A stretch of DNA of 64,000 nucleotides from a virus (lineage: Duplodnaviria; Caudoviricetes), in the IMG/VR virus record IMGVR_UViG_3300032265_002598, positions 1 through 64,000 of that record; one strand, given 5' to 3'. Position 1 is the first letter of the stretch; every line of letters begins with the position of its first letter. Both the position numbers and the translations under genes were made by a program. Positions 35,053-45,450 of the stretch are shown piece by piece. The notes beneath the pieces are model-generated. The model did no database searches and had not been told where the DNA came from. It saw only the letters and a list, made by a program, of their open reading frames with translations.

Positions 35053-35355
35053 CTAATAAGAGTACAACCGGTTCATTGGACCATAGTTCCAATGTTTCCA
35101 ACAAGGACTCCTTCTTTCAACCACTACTGGTTGATTATAGTAATAAACTGGTGCCACCACATTCTGCATCACCGTTACCGGACGATAAACTACCACTGGA
35201 GCTGGTTGAACTACCACTGGCTGAAGAACTGTCACAGGATACTGAACTACTGTATAGCCATATCCATACTGATAAGGCCCCCAACCATAATCCTGAGAAT
35301 ATCCAGTTGTCCCTAAAACTCCCACCATTAACATTGCCCACAATAAACTTCTCAT
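35053..35355 (-). CDS. small secreted Tyr/Val/Pro-rich protein
   Basis: Signal peptide, YxP/VV-rich low-complexity body; AAGGAG RBS. Confidence 0.75.
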   Translation of the reverse strand: MRSLLWAMLMVGVLGTTGYSQDYGWGPYQYGYGYTVVQYPVTVLQPVVVQPAPVVVYRPVTVMQNVVAPVYYYNQPVVVERRSPCWKHWNYGPMNRLYSY

Positions 35356-35379
35356 AATCTTCTCCTTTAAGTTAAGTAT

Positions 35380-35417
35380 AAAAAAAGAGGCCCAGCAATC
35401 TGCCGAGCCCCCATTTT
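35380..35417 (-). terminator. intrinsic terminator
   Basis: GGGGGCTCGGCA-GAT-TGCTGGGCCTC-TTTTTT. Confidence 0.75.
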
Positions 35418-35436
35418 ATCACTTTTGATGATGAAT

Positions 35437-35673
35437 TCAACCAGTGACAGTAGTATCGGACGATTCTGATGTTGTCACCACACGATTTTTACTAGGACGA
35501 CCCCTTGGTTTCTTTAGTGCCAGCTTTCGTCTTTGTCTACGAACCATTGCTGTTGTAATATTTTGACCAGTCATTTGACTCAATTTGACCCCCAAAACTT
35601 CATCACATAACAATGTATGATTATTCTGAATAAACTCTGTTTCACTAGATGACCACTTTTTATATGTTGCCAT
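35437..35673 (-). CDS. putative DNA-binding protein (HTH/Myb-like + AT-hook)
   Basis: KKWSSSETEFI...VRRQRRKL and KPRGRP. Confidence 0.65.
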   Translation of the reverse strand: MATYKKWSSSETEFIQNNHTLLCDEVLGVKLSQMTGQNITTAMVRRQRRKLALKKPRGRPSKNRVVTTSESSDTTVTG

Positions 35674-35757
35674 TTTTTACTTTCCTGAATAAAGTTGACT
35701 AAAAGTGTAAGAACTCTATTATAGTAGTAGTTGACAAGTTTAGCGCAAGGAGAGAAT

Positions 35758-35922
35758 ATGACTAATCCTGAATTTAATATTGTCGATTCCATATTGACCG
35801 TTAAAGCATCCGGAACAGACCTCAATATCGACCAAGATCTATCACTTCCTCAAGGAAAGAGTATAGCTCAGTTATTATATGACCAAGAAAATTACCCAGT
35901 CAAAGAAGACCCCCAAGAATAA
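35758..35922 (+). CDS. hypothetical protein
   Basis: ATG after AAGGAG. Confidence 0.6.
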   Translation: MTNPEFNIVDSILTVKASGTDLNIDQDLSLPQGKSIAQLLYDQENYPVKEDPQE

Positions 35923-36553
35923 AACTCTTCCTGATCAATTGCCCCACGGTGTTACTGAAAAAGAGTTCCTATCAGTATTAGATAATATAAGCAAAAGATT
36001 AGGCCACAAATTTAAATTTGGCTATCATAGTTTCGATGATATGAAGCAACAAGCTGCTATATTTGCTTTGGAAGGTCTACAAAAATATGATAATAAAAGA
36101 CCTCTTGAAAACTTTTTATGGACCCACGTTAGAAATCGCCTCTTCAACTATAAAAGAGATAACTATCAAAGGCCCGATAAACCCTGTTTAACTTGCCCCC
36201 TATATGATGCTCATTGTAAAAAATCCACTAGTGGTTGTTTAGAATATGACAATAAGACCGACTGTGAATTATATCAAACATGGGATGCCAGAAATTCATC
36301 CAAAAAGAACATTATGAAACCCATAGGAATGGATGATGTTCAAGATACTTCCCACAACCACCACAAAACCACCGATGTTCCCAATACTGTTTTTAACAAA
36401 CAAATAATTGACCTATTAGACCAACACATTCCTGCACAATATCGTGAGACCTATCTTAGACTCAAATATGGAGAAAAGATATACAAAAGCGATATGACCA
36501 AATTACTTTCAGTTATCACAGATCTTTTAAGAGAACATGGCTATGAATACTAA
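35879..36553 (+). CDS. RNA polymerase sigma70-family factor with Cys-rich insertion
   Basis: Region-2-like DDMKQQAAIFALEGLQKYDNKRPLENFLWTHVRNRLFNYKR; region-4-like IIDLLDQHIPAQYRETY. Confidence 0.75.
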   Translation: MTKKITQSKKTPKNKTLPDQLPHGVTEKEFLSVLDNISKRLGHKFKFGYHSFDDMKQQAAIFALEGLQKYDNKRPLENFLWTHVRNRLFNYKRDNYQRPDKPCLTCPLYDAHCKKSTSGCLEYDNKTDCELYQTWDARNSSKKNIMKPIGMDDVQDTSHNHHKTTDVPNTVFNKQIIDLLDQHIPAQYRETYLRLKYGEKIYKSDMTKLLSVITDLLREHGYEY

Positions 36554-37376
36554 AGGCCCCAAGAAGCGTGGACAACTAGGACTTGATGAAGAGAAATATA
36601 TAAGAGACAATATTTTCTCATTATCTATTGAGACTATTGCTGAAAATTTAAATCGGTCAACCGCTCCAGTACAAAGATATATTGATGAGGCCCGACTAAC
36701 TCAAGATCCTGAAGAGGCCACCGATGACCGCGTTCTACGTCAGAAACTTCATGGCAAAAACTTCTGGATAGAAATTAAAAGGCAGTTTGATGAAGACAGC
36801 GGAGAACTAGAATACTTTGAAAGTTTATGGATTAATTTAATTAGACAGTTTAGAGAAGACGTTTTGCCCGCCGAAGAACTTCAAATCAAACAATTCATCA
36901 CTATCGACATTCTTATTAATAGAAGTATGAAAGAACGCAAACGTCACATTAGTGAAACTGAAAAACTCCAAAAGCAAGTTGATAAAGAATATGACAAATC
37001 GGAAACCGAAAGAGATATTCCCAAGCTTGTTAACATGGAAACCCAATTAAGTTTCGCCCGTAATAGCATTGCCAATTACACCAACGAATATACCAAGCTG
37101 CTCAACGAACAACAAAAGATCAGCAAGGATCTTAAAGCGACCAGAGAGCAAAGAATCAAAAGAATCGAAGACGGAAAAAGTTCTTGGGTGGGTTTGATAA
37201 GAATGTTAGAAGATGAAGAAATTAGAGAGCGTGAGGGGCGTGAGATGGAAATTATTAGCATGGCAACTGATAAGGTAATGCTCACACTAGAAGGTTATCA
37301 TCAATATGCCGATGGGGGAATTGACAGTCCATTTTTAACAGCAGAAAGCGTTTTAGAAAAAGAGGATAAAGAATGA
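36537..37376 (+). CDS. putative terminase small subunit
   Basis: N-terminal HTH-like segment plus coiled coil, upstream of TerL; positional inference. Confidence 0.45.
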   Translation: MAMNTKGPKKRGQLGLDEEKYIRDNIFSLSIETIAENLNRSTAPVQRYIDEARLTQDPEEATDDRVLRQKLHGKNFWIEIKRQFDEDSGELEYFESLWINLIRQFREDVLPAEELQIKQFITIDILINRSMKERKRHISETEKLQKQVDKEYDKSETERDIPKLVNMETQLSFARNSIANYTNEYTKLLNEQQKISKDLKATREQRIKRIEDGKSSWVGLIRMLEDEEIREREGREMEIISMATDKVMLTLEGYHQYADGGIDSPFLTAESVLEKEDKE

Positions 37377-38353
37377 AAACAGCATTAGTAACGGGAATTA
37401 CTGGACAAGACGGATCTTATTTAGCAGAACTCTTATTAGAGAAAAACTATAGGGTGGTGGGACTTCATCGAAGATCTAGTACTAATAATTTTGAAAGAAT
37501 ACGTTCCATAGTGGGAAATGTTAATTTTTTACTAGAAGAATTTGATCTAACAGATCCTTCGGGAATTAACAGAATCGTAGATCAATATCAGCCACAAGAG
37601 TTTTATAATCTGGGCGCTCAGAGTCATGTGGGAACTAGCTTTAAACAAGCTACCACAACCTTTGAAATTAATACGGTGGGAGTAGTTAATATATTAGAGA
37701 GTATTCGTAACTTATCTCCTAATACAAAATTTTATCAGGCTAGTACTAGCGAAATGTTTGGGCGAAATTATAGTGAGGGGCCAGATGGTAGCAAATATCA
37801 AAATGAAAATACATTAATGCTTCCTCAAAGTCCTTATGGTGTTGCCAAGCTGGCTAGTTATCACATGGTGGAAATATATCGGTCTTCCTATGGATTATTT
37901 GGCTGTTCTGGCATTTTATTTAATCATGAGAGCCCCAGACGAGGAGAGAATTTTTTAACTCGTAAGGTGACTAAGTATATAGGACAACTAGTAAAAGGAT
38001 TAACTAAGGAAAAATTGAAACTGGGTAATTTAGATGCTCAAAGAGACTGGGGACATGCTAAAGATTATGTAAGAGCAATGTATCTTATGTTGCAGCAAGA
38101 CTCTCCAGAGGATTTTGTAATTGCCACAGGAAGAACTCGATCTGTACATGAATTTGTGGAAACAGCCTTTAAACTAATAAATGCTAATTATCAAGATCAT
38201 GTTGAAATTGATAGCGACTTATTCCGACCAGCCGAAGTAGAATTTCTTAAGGGGGATGCTACTAAAGCAGAAACCAAACTAAATTGGAAGCCAGAGATTT
38301 CCTTTGAAGATTTAATTATGGATATGATTAATAACGATATTATGATGAAATAA
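37373..38353 (+). CDS. gmd: GDP-mannose 4,6-dehydratase
   Basis: TGITGQDGSYL, YNLGAQSHV, FYQASTSEMFG, PQSPYGVAK, LFNHESPRRGENF, RDWGHAKDYV. Confidence 0.96.
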   Translation: MKTALVTGITGQDGSYLAELLLEKNYRVVGLHRRSSTNNFERIRSIVGNVNFLLEEFDLTDPSGINRIVDQYQPQEFYNLGAQSHVGTSFKQATTTFEINTVGVVNILESIRNLSPNTKFYQASTSEMFGRNYSEGPDGSKYQNENTLMLPQSPYGVAKLASYHMVEIYRSSYGLFGCSGILFNHESPRRGENFLTRKVTKYIGQLVKGLTKEKLKLGNLDAQRDWGHAKDYVRAMYLMLQQDSPEDFVIATGRTRSVHEFVETAFKLINANYQDHVEIDSDLFRPAEVEFLKGDATKAETKLNWKPEISFEDLIMDMINNDIMMK

Positions 38354-38356
38354 ATA

Positions 38357-38626
38357 ATGTTTAGAAACTATAAAGACCCCAAATATAAACAGTGGAGATT
38401 ATCAGTATATAAAAGAGATAAGAACCATTGTCGGTGGCCAGGGTGTAATTTAAAAAGAAAACTTAATGCTCATCACATAATGACTTGGGCCAAATTTCCT
38501 GGTTTAAGGTTTGAGGTTAGTAATGGAATAACATTGTGTAAATATCATCATGACCTTATTAAAGGTATGGAAGATATCTATGCTCCTACATTTTTAAAGA
38601 TTCTTGCCAATGACAGACTACAATAA
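38357..38626 (+). CDS. HNH endonuclease
   Basis: RDKNHCRWPGC...AHHI...NGITLCKYHH. Confidence 0.88.
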   Translation: MFRNYKDPKYKQWRLSVYKRDKNHCRWPGCNLKRKLNAHHIMTWAKFPGLRFEVSNGITLCKYHHDLIKGMEDIYAPTFLKILANDRLQ

Positions 38627-39095
38627 TTTTGAAATCATCATAGACACCAGAGAACAACAACCCTGGGTCTTTGATCATCATTCAGTATCCTCAGAAAAGC
38701 TTGATACAGGAGACTATTCTGTAAGGGGGCTTGAAGAGATATTGTGCATTGAGAGGAAAAAGAGTGTTAGCGAAATAGCCAACAATATCACAGAAAAAAG
38801 ATTCAAAGATGTTGTTGACCGCATGAAACAATATAAATATTCATTTTTGTTATTTGAATTTGACCTAGAAGATATTCTTATCTATCCAGTAGGTTCAACT
38901 GTTCCAAAGAAAATGTGGGATAAAATTAAAATCTCTCCCAACTTTATAATAAAGCACCTAGTAGAACTACAAGTGTTTTTTAATATAAAGGTTCTTTTTT
39001 GCGGCTGTCCATCCAATGCCGAAAGAATGGCTTTATCCATCATGAAAAAGGTATACGAAATTGAAGGACCACCAAAACCAAAAGAAAATATTTGA
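38604..39095 (+). CDS. ERCC4/XPF-family nuclease
   Basis: IIIDTREQQP, KLDTGDYS, IERKKSVSE. Confidence 0.88.
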   Translation: MPMTDYNNFEIIIDTREQQPWVFDHHSVSSEKLDTGDYSVRGLEEILCIERKKSVSEIANNITEKRFKDVVDRMKQYKYSFLLFEFDLEDILIYPVGSTVPKKMWDKIKISPNFIIKHLVELQVFFNIKVLFCGCPSNAERMALSIMKKVYEIEGPPKPKENI

Positions 39096-41097
39096 AGATG
39101 CTTGGTTGAATCTTGGAGATGTCTCCGAGCTTATTCTTCCAAATAATCCAATGATACACAGAATCAAGAAGGATATAGAAAATCCTGACTTGCATCTTCT
39201 TAGACTTTTAAGAAATCCCAAATACTTAGGATCAACATGTAAACTTCTCTTTAATATAGAACTCCATCCTATTCAAATTGCTATTCTTCAAGAATTTTGG
39301 AATCGACCTTTCCCTATGTATATAGCTTCTCGTGGTTGGGGTAAGTCATTCCTTCTTGCTTTGTATTCGGTTTTACGATGTATGTTTTATCCTGGAACCA
39401 AGATTGTTATTGTGGGTGCTGCATTTAGACAGAGTAAAATTATCTTTGAATACATGGAAACAATATGGAGAGGTAGTCCGATTCTAAGAAGTATTTTCAA
39501 TGGTAATGATGATGGCCCAAGAAGAGACGTTGATCGATGTACTATTCGTTTGGGTGACAGCTGGACTATCGCGGTACCAATGGGTGACGGTAGTAAGATT
39601 AGAGGTTTAAGAGCACATATCATTATTGCAGACGAATTTGCATCTATTAGTCCTGATATTTACGAAACAGTTGTATCAGGTTTCGCCGCCGTATCTGCTA
39701 GTCCTATTCAGAATGTTAAAGAACATGCGAAAAAAGCAGCAATGAGTGAGGCTGGATTATGGAACGAAGAATTAGAAGCACTAGATACAAAGATGGGTAA
39801 TCAAGCTATAATATCCGGTACTGCTGATTATTCATTTAAACATTTTGCTAGCTATTGGAGAAGATACAAAGCTATTATTGAAAGCAAAGGAGATATTAGG
39901 AAGCTTGAAGATCTTTTTAAAGGAGAAGTTCCTAGTAATTTCAACTGGAAAGATTATTCAATCATTCGTATTCCATACGAATTAATTCCTAAAGGTTTCA
40001 TGGATGATAAACAAGTTAGTAGAGCTAAAGCTACTATTCATACTGGTATCTATAACATGGAATATGCTGCATGTTTTACAGCAGATAGTGATGGATTTTT
40101 CAAACGTAGTTTAATTGAAAATTGTGTTGTTAATGATTCTAGTCCAATTGTTATTAATAATAAACCTATTATATTTGATCCTATTGTTACAGGAAATACA
40201 TCTCTTCAATATGTTTATGGCATCGATCCAGCATCCGAACAAGATAATTTTAGTATTGTAGTATTAGAAATTTATCCTGATCATAGTAGAATTGTATATG
40301 TATGGACTACTAATAGAAGTAATTTTAAAGAAAGACAAAAAACAGGATTAGTAAAAGAATATGATTTTTATGGATTCTGTGCTAGAAAGATTCGTAATCT
40401 CATGAAAACCTTCCCTTGTTCTAGAATCGGTATGGATGCACAAGGTGGTGGTGTGGCAATTGAAGAAGCTTTACATGACCCTAGTAAACTAGAAGACGGA
40501 GAACATCTTATCTGGCCAGTTATAGATTACAATAAAGCTAGAGACACAGATGACCAAGCTGGTTTACATATGCTAGAACTAGTTCAGTTTGCCAAGGCTG
40601 ATTGGACAGCTCAAGCTAATCATGGATTAAGAAAAGATTTAGAAGACAAAGTATTATTGTTTCCTAGATTTGATTCTTTAACATTAGGTTTAGCTTTAGA
40701 TAAAGAAGGAAAAGATATTTTAGGTTCTGATCTAAATCCGATCTATGATAGTCTTAGTGAATGTATATTAGAAATTGAAGACCTAAAGAGTGAATTGACA
40801 ACTATTGTAATGACACAAACTAGCACAGGTTCTGGTGGACGAGATCGATGGGATACTCCAGAAGTCAAATTGCCTAATGGTAAAAGAGGTCGATTAAGAA
40901 AAGACCGATATAGTGCTTTAGTTATTGCTAATATGCTTGCTAGACAAATGAACAGAGCTTTACAGGCTGTTAAGTATGAAGTTATAGGCGGAAATGCCAA
41001 AGATGTTGTAGGTCAAAAAGGCAGTATGTACAAGGGACCAGACTGGTTTACATCCTCAGCAAATGATGACGATATTTATACAGGTATTTATAGATAA
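39061..41097 (+). CDS. terL: terminase large subunit
   Basis: Walker A ASRGWGKS, Walker B IIIADEF, RNase H-like YGIDPAS and KDRYSAL. Confidence 0.92.
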   Translation: MKDHQNQKKIFEDAWLNLGDVSELILPNNPMIHRIKKDIENPDLHLLRLLRNPKYLGSTCKLLFNIELHPIQIAILQEFWNRPFPMYIASRGWGKSFLLALYSVLRCMFYPGTKIVIVGAAFRQSKIIFEYMETIWRGSPILRSIFNGNDDGPRRDVDRCTIRLGDSWTIAVPMGDGSKIRGLRAHIIIADEFASISPDIYETVVSGFAAVSASPIQNVKEHAKKAAMSEAGLWNEELEALDTKMGNQAIISGTADYSFKHFASYWRRYKAIIESKGDIRKLEDLFKGEVPSNFNWKDYSIIRIPYELIPKGFMDDKQVSRAKATIHTGIYNMEYAACFTADSDGFFKRSLIENCVVNDSSPIVINNKPIIFDPIVTGNTSLQYVYGIDPASEQDNFSIVVLEIYPDHSRIVYVWTTNRSNFKERQKTGLVKEYDFYGFCARKIRNLMKTFPCSRIGMDAQGGGVAIEEALHDPSKLEDGEHLIWPVIDYNKARDTDDQAGLHMLELVQFAKADWTAQANHGLRKDLEDKVLLFPRFDSLTLGLALDKEGKDILGSDLNPIYDSLSECILEIEDLKSELTTIVMTQTSTGSGGRDRWDTPEVKLPNGKRGRLRKDRYSALVIANMLARQMNRALQAVKYEVIGGNAKDVVGQKGSMYKGPDWFTSSANDDDIYTGIYR

Positions 41098-41098
41098 C

Positions 41099-41110
41099 AG
41101 TGTATAAAAA
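41099..41110 (+). promoter_or_regulatory. candidate late promoter (RGTGTAT motif)
   Basis: Same motif recurs at 46555, 54063, 59820 upstream of late genes. Confidence 0.5.
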
Positions 41111-41153
41111 CATTAATTGAATTGCAATTACATTACAATAGTATTAAAAAAAT

Positions 41154-43358
41154 ATGGCTAAAAAATATCCAAAAAGTGACGTTATCAATGATGCTCAAGT
41201 TACCGGCGAGCAGGCTTATGTTGCATGGGGAGACGATTTAGCCAGTAAACAAGAAGCCCTAAAACAATCTTCCGAATCAATGTCAGAATATACTCTAGTT
41301 CAAAAAGCTAGTAGTATGAGACGGTATGGATTAGATTATTCAAATTTAGATAAGAATACTTCTGGTCGACCAGGATTAACAAGATCTGATTACGACTACT
41401 TCCGTCCAGACGAAGCAGTTCCTCGTGAAATCAAGATGATTATCAGACGAGCAGAAGATATTTATCAAAGAGTTGGTTTAGTAAAAAATGTTATTGATCT
41501 CATGGGTGATTTTGCTAGTCAAGGCATCAGACTAGTTCATAAAAATAAAAGAATAGAAAGATTCTATAGACAATGGTTTAAAAAGATTAGAGGAAAAGAT
41601 CGTAGCGAAAGATTTTTAAACAATTTGTATAAGAGTGGTAATGTTGTTATCAATAGACAAACTGGTAAATTAAGTCTTAAAGTTGCAGATAAACTATATA
41701 ACGCTATTGCTTCTCCAGATTTACAGGTACAAGATTTATCTGAAGTACAATTAGAGAAAAGAGAAATTCCTTGGGTCTATACTTTCATTGATCCTTTTTT
41801 AGTAGATATTGCAGCCGGAGCATTATCTTCATTTACTTCTAGTAAGGCTTATGAGCTACAACTACCACCAGAGCTAAGAAAATTAATTAACAACCCAAAA
41901 ACAGATGCAGAGAAAAAAGTTGTTGCTGGCCTTCCTCCTCAAATTATAGCAGCAGCAAAAAGTAGACTACCTTATCCGCTAGATACTAATAAGACTCTTG
42001 TATACCATTATAAGAAAGATGATTGGCAGTCGTGGGCTTTTCCAATGGTATATGCCATTATGGATGATATCAACGTTATCGAAAAACTAAAGCTAGCAGA
42101 TATGGCTGCTCTTGATGGTGCTATTTCTAATATTCGTATTTTTAAACTAGGCAGTTTAGAACACAAGATTGCTCCTACCAAAGCAGCAACAGCTAAACTG
42201 GCACAAATCCTAGGAAATAATGTTGGTGGTGGTACAATGGATCTTGTTTGGGGACCAGATATTGAACTATTAGAATCCAAAACAGCAGTACATCAATTCT
42301 TGGGCGAGGGCAAATATATTCCTCACATGAATAGCGTATATGCTGGTCTTGGTATTCCTCCAACTCTTACTGGAACCTTTGGAGCGGCTGGAACTACTAA
42401 TAATTTTATTTCACTAAAGACACTAACACAAAGACTACAATACGGCAGAGATGTATTAATAGATTTCTGGGAACAAGAAATTGCTCTAGTACAAAAAGCT
42501 ATGGGATTCAGATATCCAGCTAGAATAGAATTTGATAGAATGGATCTTAGTAATGAAGATAGTGAGAAATCTTTGTTAGTGCAACTAGCAGATAGAAACC
42601 TTGTTTCTGATGAACTTATTCAAACCAGATTTGGTCTTGATCCTGATATGGAAAAATCCAGACTCAATAAAGAATCTAGAGATAGAGATGGAAATAGAAT
42701 GGTCAAAAAAGCTGGTCCTTGGTTTGATCCACAAGTAGAAAATGCTCTTAAGAAAATTGCATTACAAGGTGGTTCAGTAGCTCCTAGTCAAGTTGGACTT
42801 GAACTTGAGAAGAAAAAGAGTGGCGAAAAAACTGCACTCGAAATGAAACAACCCCCTGCGTCTGCACCCTCAACGAAGTTGGCAAATGATTCTCCTGAAT
42901 CTTTGCCAGGATCGCCCGGCCAAGGTAGACCTAAAAATTCTAAAGACACTGAACAGAGGAAGACCAAAGTTTTCAAACCCCAGACCGGAGCTAAACTTTT
43001 ATTATGGGCTTCTGAAGCACAAGACAAGATTAGTCAAATTATCAACCCCATACTGCTAGAGTTTTATAATAAGAAAAATTTGAGAAGTTTATCTAGCGAA
43101 GAGACCAGAGAAATAGATCTTATTAAAACCAAAATTCTATTTACTCTTGACCCCCTATCAGCTATAGCCTCAGATAAAATTATTGACATACTAGATAATC
43201 TTAGTCAGTTTGATAAAAATGAAACAATATTGGCCTATAGTGTATGGCTTAAAGAACTCAAAGCTGATTTAAACAAAGAATTATCTGTTGATGAACACAA
43301 ACAGGCCAAAGCTTCGTTTTATTCTATGGTGTATTCTTCTATAGAAAAAGAGGTATAA
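41154..43358 (+). CDS. portal protein
   Basis: Follows TerL; YQRVGLVKNVIDLMGDF...GN motif; size and position. Confidence 0.82.
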   Translation: MAKKYPKSDVINDAQVTGEQAYVAWGDDLASKQEALKQSSESMSEYTLVQKASSMRRYGLDYSNLDKNTSGRPGLTRSDYDYFRPDEAVPREIKMIIRRAEDIYQRVGLVKNVIDLMGDFASQGIRLVHKNKRIERFYRQWFKKIRGKDRSERFLNNLYKSGNVVINRQTGKLSLKVADKLYNAIASPDLQVQDLSEVQLEKREIPWVYTFIDPFLVDIAAGALSSFTSSKAYELQLPPELRKLINNPKTDAEKKVVAGLPPQIIAAAKSRLPYPLDTNKTLVYHYKKDDWQSWAFPMVYAIMDDINVIEKLKLADMAALDGAISNIRIFKLGSLEHKIAPTKAATAKLAQILGNNVGGGTMDLVWGPDIELLESKTAVHQFLGEGKYIPHMNSVYAGLGIPPTLTGTFGAAGTTNNFISLKTLTQRLQYGRDVLIDFWEQEIALVQKAMGFRYPARIEFDRMDLSNEDSEKSLLVQLADRNLVSDELIQTRFGLDPDMEKSRLNKESRDRDGNRMVKKAGPWFDPQVENALKKIALQGGSVAPSQVGLELEKKKSGEKTALEMKQPPASAPSTKLANDSPESLPGSPGQGRPKNSKDTEQRKTKVFKPQTGAKLLLWASEAQDKISQIINPILLEFYNKKNLRSLSSEETREIDLIKTKILFTLDPLSAIASDKIIDILDNLSQFDKNETILAYSVWLKELKADLNKELSVDEHKQAKASFYSMVYSSIEKEV

Positions 43359-43361
43359 ATA

Positions 43362-44972
43362 ATGCAAATATTTACAGCAGAACGTGAAGATGGCTTAGAG
43401 GCTAAAATATCCTCATCTGCATCAATTTCTTATGCTTCCATAGCAGAGCCATGTCACCCAAATAAGTCCCAAATCAGAAAATTTAAAAGTTTAGCATCTG
43501 TCCAAGATTCTGATCTATATTATGTTCAGTCTATACTAGTTACTTCTTCATGGAATAAGAATGACGATATTTTTGATAAAGATGAAATATGGATGGCCAG
43601 AAATACTCCAGAAGATAAACCAACAAACCTAGAACATGATGAGAATTTAATTATCGGCCATATTACTAGCAATTGGCCAATCACCGAAGATGGTATTCTT
43701 ATTTCTGAAGATACTCCTATTGAGAATCTTCCAGAAAAGTATCATATTTTAACTGGATCAGTAATCTATAGAGCTTTTACTAGTCCAGAATTAAAAGAAA
43801 GATCTGATAAGCTTATTGCAGAAATAGAGTCTGGTGATATGTTTGTTAGTATGGAGTGTTTCTTTAAAGGTTTTGATTATGGTTTATTAGATAAGTCTAC
43901 AGGAACATATAAAACTTTAGCTCGTAATGAGAATACTGCATATTTAACAAAATACTTAAGAGCTTATGGTGGATTAGGAGAACATGACAATTATAAAATA
44001 GGTAGAGTATTAAGGAATATTACATTTTCTGGTAAAGGATATGTTGAAAAACCAGCTAATCCAGAAAGTATTATTTTTAACAAAAACATAATTGATGACT
44101 TGTTTACTAAAAAAAGTAACGATTTATCAATAGCAGGTGTATCTAACAATCAGTTAACCTCTAAAGTGGAGAATAATATTATGAGTTCAGACAATAAAGT
44201 AGCAGAAACAACCGAAAAGGCCGAAACAGTTACCGAAGCTGTTGTCGCCACAGAATCTGCTCCAGAGGCCACAGTAGAAGCTTCAACAGAAAATACAACA
44301 ATAGAACCTGAAACATCTAGTGCAACAGACGAGCTAATTGCTTCTCTCACAGCTGAAGTCGAAGCCCTCAAAGCTATGAACGAAGCTATGGCTAAGAAAA
44401 TGAAAGCTGATGATTCTACAAAGAAAGAGAATGACGAAGATATGGATGCAGAAGCTAAAAAAATGAAAGAAGAAAAAGAAGCTAAGGATGAAGAAAATAA
44501 GAATCTTAAAGCAGCTTTAGAAGCAGCTAATGAAGTTATTGCTGGCTATAAGATGAAAGAAGAAGAGATGGCCAAGAAAGAAAAGAAGATGAAGAGAAAG
44601 GCCTCTCTACTTGATTGTGGTTTTGATGCTGAATCAGCAGAAGCTACAGTTGAAAAATTTGATAATCTTAATGACGATGCTTTTGAAGCCATGACTAGTT
44701 TATTTGCTGGCAAAATGCCACCATGGTTGGAAAAGATTAAAAAAGATGATAAAACTTCAAAAGACAAAAAAGAAGATGAAGATACTGATACCAAGGAAAA
44801 GAAGAAAGCTTCCGAAGATACAGTAGACGCATCTGCTCTTGACACAGTTGAAGTTGAAGAGGCTGTAAATCTCAGTGTTAGTAGTGAAACATCATCAGTT
44901 GACACCACTCGTGCTGAATTAATTGAATTTGTTTGTGCTAGACTAGGTAAAAAACTTAACAAGGGAGAATAA
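43362..44972 (+). CDS. prohead protease/scaffold protein
   Basis: WNKNDDIF, NLEHD, VSMECFF protease-like N-domain; acidic coiled-coil scaffold C-domain. Confidence 0.78.
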   Translation: MQIFTAEREDGLEAKISSSASISYASIAEPCHPNKSQIRKFKSLASVQDSDLYYVQSILVTSSWNKNDDIFDKDEIWMARNTPEDKPTNLEHDENLIIGHITSNWPITEDGILISEDTPIENLPEKYHILTGSVIYRAFTSPELKERSDKLIAEIESGDMFVSMECFFKGFDYGLLDKSTGTYKTLARNENTAYLTKYLRAYGGLGEHDNYKIGRVLRNITFSGKGYVEKPANPESIIFNKNIIDDLFTKKSNDLSIAGVSNNQLTSKVENNIMSSDNKVAETTEKAETVTEAVVATESAPEATVEASTENTTIEPETSSATDELIASLTAEVEALKAMNEAMAKKMKADDSTKKENDEDMDAEAKKMKEEKEAKDEENKNLKAALEAANEVIAGYKMKEEEMAKKEKKMKRKASLLDCGFDAESAEATVEKFDNLNDDAFEAMTSLFAGKMPPWLEKIKKDDKTSKDKKEDEDTDTKEKKKASEDTVDASALDTVEVEEAVNLSVSSETSSVDTTRAELIEFVCARLGKKLNKGE

Positions 44973-44973
44973 C

Positions 44974-45429
44974 ATGGCTCTTAAACCAGATCGTATCGAA
45001 CTCTTAACAGATATTTCTTTTTTCTCTAACGCAGTTAGTGAAAGAGGCGGCGTAGTTTCTGCTGTAACAAGTGGTTCCGGCGTTGCTATGGATGACGCTA
45101 ATGCTGTTGCTGCTTATGCTGCTGTAGCAAGTGGTGCCAAGCCTCTCGGTATCCTACTCAATGACGTTGTGAATCTTGATCTAACAAGACAGCACATCAA
45201 CTGGCACAAAGATGAAGTACAATTGGGTGGCAAGGTCTCCCTACTTCGTCAGGGTCAAGTAACAACTAATATGTTAGTTGCTGCTATTACTCCTGCTGCT
45301 GGTGTCGATGCCTATGTTGGTGCTAGTGGCCTCATTGGCACATCAAGTACTAATAGTGTGAAAATTGGCACCTTCTTGGGGTCAAAAGATTCTGATGGTT
45401 ATGTCAAATTATCAGTAAACATTGCTTAA
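44974..45429 (+). CDS. capsid decoration/cement protein
   Basis: Between scaffold and MCP; PLGILLNDVV, KIGTFLGSKDSDG. Confidence 0.7.
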   Translation: MALKPDRIELLTDISFFSNAVSERGGVVSAVTSGSGVAMDDANAVAAYAAVASGAKPLGILLNDVVNLDLTRQHINWHKDEVQLGGKVSLLRQGQVTTNMLVAAITPAAGVDAYVGASGLIGTSSTNSVKIGTFLGSKDSDGYVKLSVNIA

Positions 45430-45450
45430 GCTTTAACAAGGGAGAAAAAA

